Source: Paramicrosporidium saccamoebae KSL3 (Eukaryota; Fungi; Cryptomycota). From it: a DNA stretch of 14,417 nt. The translations under genes were made by a program, and so were the position numbers. This document shows, in pieces, positions 7,678 to 14,417 of this stretch. Numbering within the stretch: the first letter of the stretch is position 1; every line of letters starts with the position of its first letter. The notes beneath the pieces are model-generated. The model ran no database searches, was not told the origin of the DNA, and saw only the letters and a list, made by a program, of their open reading frames with translations. The stretch is taken from contig MTSL01000152.1 of NCBI GenBank assembly GCA_002794465.1, forward strand, positions 6,234 through 20,650, given 5' to 3'.

Positions 7678-8622
7678 ATGGATGAAAGTGCAAACTGGAA
7701 GAATGTGAATAATTGGCACTGGTAAGGGCATTTTACATGCATTTATGCGTTTAGGATTGAAAAGGACTGCACTAGCTGGTCACACGACAGGCTAAAAGAG
7801 ATGCTTCCCACTGCAAAGACCATCCTGGATGGGCAGGCATTAAAGGTGACCAAGGTCAACAGCGTCACTGGAGAAGTGAGTGTCAATGTGCGAAAGGGAC
7901 GGATACGGCAGATCTTTGACCTGACCATGGAGCTGACCTGCATGTATGAAAAACGAGACGTGGAGGCACGGATCACTGACTTTATGTCTGATATGGACTA
8001 TGATGATTTCGAATTTACCATGACAGGAGTTGCCGCAAAAGTGCGTGATGCTCTGAAAAAGACTGTCTGGGAGACATTGGTGGAATTTCGGAAGGAAGTG
8101 GAACAAGTCCACGGCAAATCGCTGCTCGTAGAGGGACCACAGACGCCCGCATCGGCTGACAGCGAAAAGTCGAAATTCAACAACTCTTTTGTCGACAAGA
8201 AGGAGAAATCACCCTCAGCCGTTGGCACTATAGAAGAACGGGTAGAGTTTTCTGCGCCCATGGAACAGGTTTGGTTATGTTTGACAGACGTCCCACGAAT
8301 CATGGCGTGGACTAGGGGCACAGCATCATTGAGCTCTGTAGAGCCTGGCGCACCCTTTTCCCTGCTGGGCGGAAATATAACTGGACGAGTAACGGAATTG
8401 GCCACGGGATTGATCAAGATGGATTGGAGACTTCGACATTGGCCTTCCGAACTGGTCTCCACAGTAGAGATAAAGCTAAGCAACGGCGGATCCGGGACGG
8501 TGCTTAAAATGAAGCAGGTGGGGGTGCCATCGGCGGAATTGGACTCGGTAAAGGAGAATTGGCATCGTTACTACTGGGAGCCCATCAAGACGGTCCTTGG
8601 ATGTGCCTCTGCCGTATTCTAA
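7678..8622 (+). CDS. AHA1: Hsp90 co-chaperone Aha1, join(7678..7721,7755..8622), 303 aa
   Basis: Splicing restores MDESANWKNVNNWHW-IEKDCTSWSHDRLKEML, with the NxNNWHW motif. The RKG(R/K) motif (NVRKGRIRQIFDL) and a C-terminal AHSA1/START-like domain (FSLLGGNITG, MDWRLRHWP, ENWHRYYWEPIK) follow. Confidence 0.95.
7722..7754 (+). other. 33-nt spliceosomal intron in AHA1 (phase 2)
   Basis: GTAAGG...TTTAG. Removal joins TG|G to complete the last Trp of NNWHW. Retention gives an immediate TAA. Confidence 0.92.
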
Positions 8623-8953
8623 TTCTTTTAGTAATCGACAATCACTATTATTGTGAGATGAGCTAACTATGGATCAGGGATAGGAATAAAGAGTCTTGCA
8701 CTCAACCCCACAAAGTCCAATAAAAAGATTTGCTAAACAGTGTCCGATTATGATCAGTAATCCTGATTGCCATTTCCCAACCCAGCGTGTTGAGAAGGGT
8801 AGGCTGTGCCCTGTACTTTAATAAAGATTTTCTCCCACTCATCAAGAGTCTCGAGGCCGAACATGCGACTTGAAATAAAGCTTATTTAGGCTCCTCTGAT
8901 TAGTCATCTTTGCTAATTATCCGGCCAATCAACTATTTCACATTTAGAACATG

Positions 8954-9567
8954 TTAGGATTCCGATTCCAGATATTCGGAATAAGTGAGGACAATTTTTC
9001 GAGATTGATAGCGCGTAATGACCATTTGATTCAAGTCCTCGACGCCCATGGTTCCATGATATCCACTCTTTCGGATCAGCGAAGTAATAGTCTCGGCATG
9101 GCTCCAGCCCTCTTCTGCAGCAATTTCGGGCAGATATGTGGCATGGAATGCGCACTCTCCATCATGAAATTTGATTGCTACGCCATGAACGCCAATCTGC
9201 CAGTCGTGGGGATGAGAGGTCGGCTCGAATTGCGATAATAGCGAGACGTGGACCTGCAACTCGGGTAGCTCGTCTTTTGTGATCGGACGGAATCGGCTAT
9301 CCCGCGATGCACTACAGTCAGTGTTAATGCCCACTTACCTGGCGATCGCATATTTACAAAGGACTTCACCCACTGGGAGCGGCGTAAAGGTACCCAGGCA
9401 GCCACGTAATCGTCCCTTGTGTTTCCACGACACAAACGTGGCACTAGACTGAATACGCGGCCATCTTTCTACCATTTTTCCCGTTCAAACTGCCACTCGG
9501 GGAGCGCTTCCCCATCTAAATGACTGCGTAGGACATTGAAGCAATAGACTCCGTGGTGGACTGACAT
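8954..9567 (-). CDS. AMMECR1: AMMECR1-domain protein, complement(join(8954..9311,9339..9443,9473..9567)), 185 aa
   Basis: Spliced product: MSVHHGVYCFNVLRSHL...EKC|ATFVSWKHKGRLRGCLGTFTP...YAIAS|ASRDSRFRPITKDELPELQVHVSLL...DWQIGVHGV...ATYLPEIAAEEGW...TRYQSRK. It contains the family LRGC(I/L)G, DxRFxP and ATYLPE motifs. Confidence 0.93.
9312..9338 (-). other. 27-nt intron 2 of the AMMECR1 gene
   Basis: GTAAGTGGGCATTAACACTGACTGTAG, with a canonical donor and branch-like TTAAC/CTGAC. Removal restores YAIAS-ASRDSRF. Confidence 0.92.
9444..9472 (-). other. 29-nt intron 1 of the AMMECR1 gene
   Basis: GTAGAAAGATGGCCGCGTATTCAGTCTAG. Removal links the YCFNVL exon in frame to TFVSW-LRGC. Confidence 0.8.
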
Positions 9568-9576
9568 TCAGACCTT

Positions 9577-9610
9577 CTGACCGGGGTGGTACCCATTAGA
9601 CACCACTTAC
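9577..9610 (-). other. Candidate 34-nt 5'UTR intron of the AMMECR1 gene
   Basis: AAG|GTAAGTGGTGTCTAATGGGTACCACCCCGGTCAG|AAG has a perfect donor, a CTAAT branch and a CAG acceptor, at the same size as the other introns. No homology support because it is non-coding. Confidence 0.4.
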
Positions 9611-9950
9611 CTTGTGACGGCCGTTGTGACCGTCACTTAAATGAGGTGTCGAGACTAGCGTGGCTATTATAATGCTTGTTGTGCATCCATTGCCTAGAGC
9701 TTCGCTGTAGCCTCACAGTATATTTAAGTAACTAAAATCAAGTGTGTATAGAGGAGCTTGGCTAAAAACGTCAGGTCGAAACCCATTTAGCTTACTGGTG
9801 CCATATATCGCGGAATGTAATGCGCCAATATACCAATATAGCAGTGTATAAACCCGGCTAATGCTTATAGAGCGCCAATATGGGCACTATACACAGCCAA
9901 CTATAGTGCAAGACACTTAATTGGCCCGCTCAAATTGAGTGTTCACAAAC

Positions 9951-11223
9951 ATGTCGTCCGCGTTACCATCGGGTCCGGAAAGCAGCACTTACACTACGGC
10001 AGTCTTATCTAGTCAAGTACCATTCTTTGTGACGCTGACTGGCGCAGAGAGTGGAGCAGGTCTGCAATGTCGGCATCAGTTACTATCCGAATTACCATCT
10101 GACCAAGGCGCGCGAGGAGACCCATCGGCTCAATCTGCTTCTTCTCGGTACCGAGTCGGATTTACTGACATTAGGTGCACCGGGAACAGGAAAGGCCACA
10201 CTGCTCAACACACTACTTCATGGTACGGTGGTTCCCACAACACGAAGTCGTGATGCTGATGACTTTCAAGTCGCCACATATTGTGGCACCCAACAAGAGG
10301 GCAATGTGGCAATGGACGTGGAGATTTCTGAAATTCTGGGATACGGCTCTGACCGACTGGCCGACAAGACTTACTCGCTTCAGATTGTGGAGCTGCTGAA
10401 GCAACGCCACCAGATGAACCATCAGACAGAGAGGAGCAGAGTCGAAAGTGTTGTTCCACAGACAGCGGATCTGATCCATGCCGTTTTGTATTTTGTCCCG
10501 CCCACCTTTATGCAATTTTCGGCGGGTGAGATTGCACTGTTCAAGGATATGCAGCAGCTGACGCTGGTGGTGCCGGTGATCAGTAAGGCCGACATTTACA
10601 CGGCAGCCGAATTAAAGGACAAGAAGCTATTGGTACCAAAGTATCAAGCTTTCATGTTGTAGATCCGTGCCCAGTTTGAGGCAAATGGCCTACCAATGCT
10701 GCCCGATCTGCTGGCAGGCATCTCTGATGCTTGGCTGACAGACCATCTCCATGCCATCAAGGTAATATTCTGCTCCGTTGTACATTTGTAGGCGCGTTGG
10801 CCGTTGGCTGTAATGGGGGGCACTCAACGTCATGAAATGAATGGCGAGTCGATCCGGGCACGAGTCTATCCGTGGGGAGTGATTGACATTGACAATGACG
10901 AATATTCCGACCTGCTGCATCTGCAACGGCTACTAATATCGTCCTTTTTTGTCACTGGCCACGAATATGTACGCCAGGAGCTGTATGAAAAGGTATGGCG
11001 TCCTTGGTTCATGACATCTGGTCTTGATGCATCCGAAGCTCCGCCTAAGCTCACTGATGAAGTGCCAAAGCTGAGGGAACTTTCTACCTGCGGGTCTATC
11101 AAAACTACACCAATCACCGCTTCGCATGAAGTCTTGCCCAAAATGGCGCATTCCACATCCGCTACATCCGTCAAGGAAAAGACATTTTTCTTCGAGTCTC
11201 GGCAAGGGAGCATGTCCAACTAG
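9951..11223 (+). CDS. Divergent septin, join(9951..10016,10048..10147,10175..10632,10663..10761,10792..11223), 384 aa
   Basis: After splicing: VGISYYPNYH pre-G1 segment, LNLLLLGAPGTGKATLLNTLL (G1), EILGYG (G3 position), LIHAVLYFVPP, VVPVISKAD (G4), WPLAVMG, and the septin unique element IRARVYPWGVIDIDNDEYSDLLHLQRLLI...LYEKVWR. All four introns are GT-AG and keep the frame. Confidence 0.9.
10017..10047 (+). other. 31-nt septin intron 1
   Basis: GTACCA...GCTGAC...GCAG links ATG 9951 in frame to the septin exon. The first exon has no homology support. Confidence 0.7.
10148..10174 (+). other. 27-nt septin intron 2 (in frame, stop-free)
   Basis: GTACCGAGTCGGATTTACTGACATTAG has an ACTGAC branch. 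Removal restores canonical beta1-P-loop spacing LLLLG-APGTGK. Confidence 0.8.
10633..10662 (+). other. 30-nt septin intron 3
   Basis: GTACCA...TTGTAG, phase 0. The acceptor TAG is the apparent stop of ORF 10051..10662. Removal gives KDKKLL-IRAQFE. Confidence 0.85.
10762..10791 (+). other. 30-nt septin intron 4
   Basis: GTAATA...TTGTAG, phase 0. Removal gives HAIK-ARWPLAVMG, matching the septin PFAV(I/V)G motif. Confidence 0.85.
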
Positions 11224-11416
11224 CGAGACTCTGTTAAACCGTATCCGCTTATGATTGGCGGTCCCAATTCAGATATTTATGCTATCCCATAATCCGGTGT
11301 ATTGAGGATGACGGCCTATAAAGGAGCCGCATATTTTAATAAAAAAAATCGCCCATCAACAGGCTGTTGGGATCTCTCATCTGCCAGTGTATCATTTCAC
11401 AAATACCATATTCTTA

Positions 11417-11962
11417 TTAGTACTTCTTTCTACTCTTTCTACTATTGCGATTCCGTTTCATCAGTCTGTCACGTTCGGCCACCGGGACCACAAACTTGGT
11501 GGCAGGTCGGCCGGAACGACTAGGCGCCTGACTGACGGATGCATGCACCCGGGTGCGCTTATTGTGCAGCATTAATAGCTCTTCTCGGCTCTGTCTCTGC
11601 TTCCTCGCTGCCTCTAGATTGACCCTCGCAACTCTTCTGCTGCCTATCAGCACGACCCGCTCATCCTCCTCCTCTTCAGTCTCGCTGGCCTCTTTGAATA
11701 TCCTTCGGGTGGGCTGGATAGTTTCTTTCCGGGAACGCTCCTTTGGGGCAAGCTGCTGGATAGCAGCGGCTACGCGTGATGCTCGTAGGGTGGCCTGTTC
11801 TTTGAGTTTCGCGTCATGAGCACGACGACGGGCGCGTGCCTCGTTAGTAGCAGAGGCTGTGGCAGTGCTGGACGACTTGAGCTGGGTCAAAAAGGCTGAT
11901 TTACTGGTGGAAAGAGAGACGGCCTCGGGCGCCTCATCATCACTGCTCTCATGATAGGCCAT
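11417..11962 (-). CDS. Probable U3 snoRNP-associated protein (Bud21/Utp16/NOL7-like), 181 aa
   Basis: The N-terminal SSDDEAPEAVS motif is followed by a helical ARRRAHDAKLKEQ segment, a pattern recalled for this family. The C-terminus is Lys/Arg-rich and nucleolar-type. Confidence 0.65.
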   Translation of the reverse strand: MAYHESSDDEAPEAVSLSTSKSAFLTQLKSSSTATASATNEARARRRAHDAKLKEQATLRASRVAAAIQQLAPKERSRKETIQPTRRIFKEASETEEEEDERVVLIGSRRVARVNLEAARKQRQSREELLMLHNKRTRVHASVSQAPSRSGRPATKFVVPVAERDRLMKRNRNSRKSRKKY

Positions 11963-11992
11963 TCTCGAGTAACAGTATCAGTGACAGTGGAT

Positions 11993-12006
11993 CAACCCCG
12001 GGGTTG
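11993..12006. repeat. Perfect 14-bp palindrome CAACCCCGGGGTTG
   Basis: Self-complementary and 30 bp upstream of the ATG at 11962. Confidence 0.7.
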
Positions 12007-12227
12007 GGCACACTTAATCAGCAGACGGAGCCATTCTATTCAAAAATCATGTCAGACCGCTATTAGAGTTTGAATGGATAAATTATTGTAGGATATTATC
12101 CTCTATAAGTGACCATTCTTGACACACTAGTTGTGAGGGCTATCAATGAACAGGGGATAGTGTTTTATAGAGCTGATCTCTACCTTGATGAATCGCACGC
12201 TAGGTGACAGGACCTTTACAAGACACT

Positions 12228-12302
12228 CACAAAGAGCGACCTCATAAAGAGCGACCTCACAAAGAGCGACCTCATAAGGAGCGACCCCATAAAAAGCGAC
12301 TC
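12228..12302 (+). repeat. 15-bp tandem repeat x5 (CA(C/T)AA(A/G)GAGCGACC(T/C))
   Basis: Five units, read as HKERP in the frame of ORF 12204..12452. Located outside any confidently called gene. Confidence 0.93.
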
Positions 12303-12355
12303 TTGTATGTACCAATGAGATATCATCCAATTCTTCTTGGCATAGTTTGGTGGAT

Positions 12356-12365
12356 TGACCAATCA
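12356..12365. promoter_or_regulatory. TGACCAATCA CCAAT box upstream of the secreted-protein gene
   Basis: Exact 10-mer 53 bp upstream of ATG 12419. Further CCAAT/ATTGG motifs lie near 12312 and 12395. Confidence 0.55.
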
Positions 12366-12418
12366 GAGCCATTGTTGGCTGTAAACAAAAACGCATTGGC
12401 TGGTGGACAATCGCACAG

Positions 12419-14417
12419 ATGCGTATCATACTTGCAGCAAGTATTCTTCTAGTGACTGTGACAGGGACAAAGTCGCTAGATGACACACTTGACAACTTAA
12501 AGTCGAGCAATGGACCAAAAATTACTCGCTATGTTCGGCATGCTCTGGACTCGGAGTGCTACATGGAGATGTTAGAGACGGCTATGCCAACGCTCTCTGC
12601 ATTACTCACTAAACAATGGGGTAGTCAGGAGACATACAATGACGCAATGCGCGCAACCCTGGATCTGACCCATGAGACACTACCAGCTGATCTGATCACC
12701 TCTCTCTGGTCTGGGGTAACGCCTACCTTTGATGACGGGGATACCCGGCAGTTTCTAAACAAGGTGAGAGAAATGGAAGCAGGTTTAGAAGTTCAAATGC
12801 GGTTTGTAGCGGCCATGCTGCTAAAGATGCCCGGTGCATTTAAAAAGCATATTGGGAAGAATGACAAGTCGCAATTCTCCTCCTGTCTGAAATTTGCCAA
12901 CGCCATGAGTCTGACAAGCTCCAAAGGCGTCAAGAAGAACTTTGCATCCTGTGCTGGCGACACAATCAGCGAGGACACGATGAGAGCATTGGATGTCATT
13001 TTCATCAACTTTGGTCATTTGGTTGATGTTTACGAGTTGATTGACCGGGACCATTGGCTGTTGAGTGGCCCGGCCCACGATATGGCTATGCTGACGGGCT
13101 CTAGATTCATCATCCATTTGCATCAACAGAAAAAGACTCAAAAGTGGAAAAGTTTTAAAACCTGGCTACAAGAGGGTGGAGCCGATCCACAAGATTTGAT
13201 TTCTACACTGCCACTGTCAACGATAGTTATGATAATGTTCGACACGCGTCTCCAAAAACACGGCGCTGGAAGGGTCGAATTTGCTGATTGGCTTTGGGCG
13301 AGCAATGCGGCAGCCACACAATATCTTCGCACGTTGGCCGATAGACATCCTGAGCCGATTTTTGAGGACCTAGATGAACACAGCTACAGCATGTTCCCCC
13401 GTCCATCTCGTTCTATTGGCCAGATCCAGGATGATACGGAATCGGTAGTTTGTGGACTTTTGATGCTTCACTGCTTTCTACAAGAAAACGGCATCGATGG
13501 CGCATGCAGAAAGGTCCGCAATCTAGCTGTACATCCAATGGTGGCGGTCCGACGGGCCATGGCGACACACCAATATGACATTGTCGACACGAAATGGAGT
13601 AAGAGACATTTTGCGCTACTTCCGTTTATTGATTTCGAGCAATACACAGGAGCAAATCTCAAAGTAATCCCGAAGAAGCTGCCAGTCGGGGCAGCAATGG
13701 TGCAAAATGCCGCGAGTGTTTGCACCGTTTTGGATTGTGAAGGACACGGAGTGAGAGCGCGCACATCTGAATATGCCAATTCCCCACAACATGGTCATCA
13801 GTATAGGGATGATGAAATGAGGTCTATTAGAGGTCAAGGCCTTGGTGATGATCATTTCGGTTCTTCATATGCTGCACAGTCGGGACAGGCTCCCACCATG
13901 AACGGTTATCATCCGCAGCCAAGTGCGCCGCCTATGGATCTAGAAACGGAAGACGAAATGTGGTCCTCTGGGGATCCAGAACAATCTATTGGATACACTG
14001 GACAGTCCGCCAGATATGCAGACTATCCAGAATACAGCGATGCACCGATGGGATATTCTAACCAATACTCGGAACATTTCAACCAATCATCTGGCTATTC
14101 CGACCAAGCGCCCGATCATTACGACCAAGCGCCCGGTTATTCCAACCAACCATCTGAGTATTTTGGCCACTCACCTGGCTATCCCGACCATTCATCCGCC
14201 CAACATCCGGGACGCTCCGCCGCGGGACCCGCCACAAGACGCCCCACTACAGGATACTCGGTGGATCACACATATCAGGCCAATTCAATGTCACAGGTAC
14301 CTCCAGGACTGGAGGACTGTACAGATATATACAATCGATGCATCAAGAACTCTATATATTCGCTGCTAAGCACTCGTCTCAACGAGGAAGAGGCTACTGG
14401 GCTGATGAGTCACATGT
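12419..14417 (+). CDS. Hypothetical secreted protein, 3'-partial (at least 666 aa), not in the supplied ORF track
   Basis: Translated by hand from ATG 12419 with no stop to the window end. An in-frame TGA lies about 60 nt upstream. The N-terminus MRIILAASILLVTVTG-TKSLDD looks like a cleavable signal peptide. About 440 aa of globular-type sequence follow, then a Tyr/Ser/Pro/Gln-rich low-complexity region. No family recognised. Confidence 0.8.
   Translation, partial: MRIILAASILLVTVTGTKSLDDTLDNLKSSNGPKITRYVRHALDSECYMEMLETAMPTLSALLTKQWGSQETYNDAMRATLDLTHETLPADLITSLWSGVTPTFDDGDTRQFLNKVREMEAGLEVQMRFVAAMLLKMPGAFKKHIGKNDKSQFSSCLKFANAMSLTSSKGVKKNFASCAGDTISEDTMRALDVIFINFGHLVDVYELIDRDHWLLSGPAHDMAMLTGSRFIIHLHQQKKTQKWKSFKTWLQEGGADPQDLISTLPLSTIVMIMFDTRLQKHGAGRVEFADWLWASNAAATQYLRTLADRHPEPIFEDLDEHSYSMFPRPSRSIGQIQDDTESVVCGLLMLHCFLQENGIDGACRKVRNLAVHPMVAVRRAMATHQYDIVDTKWSKRHFALLPFIDFEQYTGANLKVIPKKLPVGAAMVQNAASVCTVLDCEGHGVRARTSEYANSPQHGHQYRDDEMRSIRGQGLGDDHFGSSYAAQSGQAPTMNGYHPQPSAPPMDLETEDEMWSSGDPEQSIGYTGQSARYADYPEYSDAPMGYSNQYSEHFNQSSGYSDQAPDHYDQAPGYSNQPSEYFGHSPGYPDHSSAQHPGRSAAGPATRRPTTGYSVDHTYQANSMSQVPPGLEDCTDIYNRCIKNSIYSLLSTRLNEEEATGLMSHM
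14051..14197 (+). repeat. Degenerate 21-nt coding repeat x7 with 42-nt higher-order alternation
   Basis: GYSNQYS EHFNQSS GYSDQAP DHYDQAP GYSNQPS EYFGHSP GYPDHSS. Odd units begin GY; even units begin E/D-H/Y-F/Y. Confidence 0.85.

Noticed and set aside
8623-8953. 330-bp convergent gap considered as an ncRNA host (RNase MRP-like AAAGTCC, C-box-like TTGATGA)
   Set aside because: The partner motifs needed for P4 or a C/D terminal stem are missing. Four AATAAA hexamers suggest ordinary 3'UTR/terminator sequence.
9605-9693. U1 snRNA-like ACTTACCT followed by a hairpin and ATCCATTGC
   Set aside because: There is no U1-70K loop, no stem closing the ATTGC loop and no Sm site. The motif is more simply the reverse complement of a splice donor.
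9732-9749. CTAAAATCAAGTGTGTAT resembling U2 snRNA (CTAAGATCAAGTGTAGTAT)
   Set aside because: The branch-pairing GTAGTA is broken, stem I and the Sm site are absent, and the match is too short.
9772-9784. CAGGTCGAAACCC resembling a tRNA T-arm or SRP helix 8
   Set aside because: The T-loop is one base short, there is no cloverleaf, and there is no AGCAG partner strand.
11263-11273. CCCAATTCAGA resembling the RNase P RNA CR-V motif
   Set aside because: No matching CR-I (GAAGGTCTGA-like) lies upstream on the same strand, and that space is septin coding sequence.
12127-12510. 127-aa minus-strand ORF containing VAL(C/Y)E repeats
   Set aside because: It has a non-ATG start, is antisense to the 12419 gene start and promoter, and its repeat differences are non-synonymous in this frame.
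238-14369. Remaining short ORFs of the six-frame track (60-161 aa)
   Set aside because: Nearly all are antisense or frameshifted shadows of the called genes, or fall in AT-rich intergenic DNA, with no recognisable motifs. ORFs 9178..9444, 9939..10253, 10051..10662 and 10804..11223 are exon fragments explained by the intron models.

Overview
Compact, gene-dense eukaryotic DNA with 83-460 bp intergenic gaps and very short (27-33 nt) GT-AG introns. No prokaryotic features, mobile element, rRNA, tRNA or CRISPR array were recognised. The style suggests a reduced fungus-related genome such as an early-diverging Rozellomycota/microsporidia relative; this is inference only. Ten genes are supported, left to right: a 5'-truncated low-complexity repeat protein (+), an N-terminally anchored GNAT acetyltransferase (-), PHF5A/Rds3 (-), eIF3i/TIF34 (+), a TONSL-like TPR-UBL-LRR protein with no ankyrin domain (-), AHA1 (+, 1 intron), an AMMECR1-family protein (-, 2 coding introns), a divergent septin (+, 4 introns), a small Bud21/Utp16-like protein (-), and a signal-peptide-bearing ORF of at least 666 codons that runs off the window and is missing from the ORF track (+). 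The most interesting points are the ankyrin-less TONSL, the septin with degenerate G1/G3 motifs and a stop-free in-frame intron in its P-loop, the putatively luminal GNAT, two orphan Tyr-repeat proteins, a recurring TGACCAATCA promoter 10-mer, and a candidate uAUG-removing 5'UTR intron. All family assignments come from recalled motifs, not database searches.
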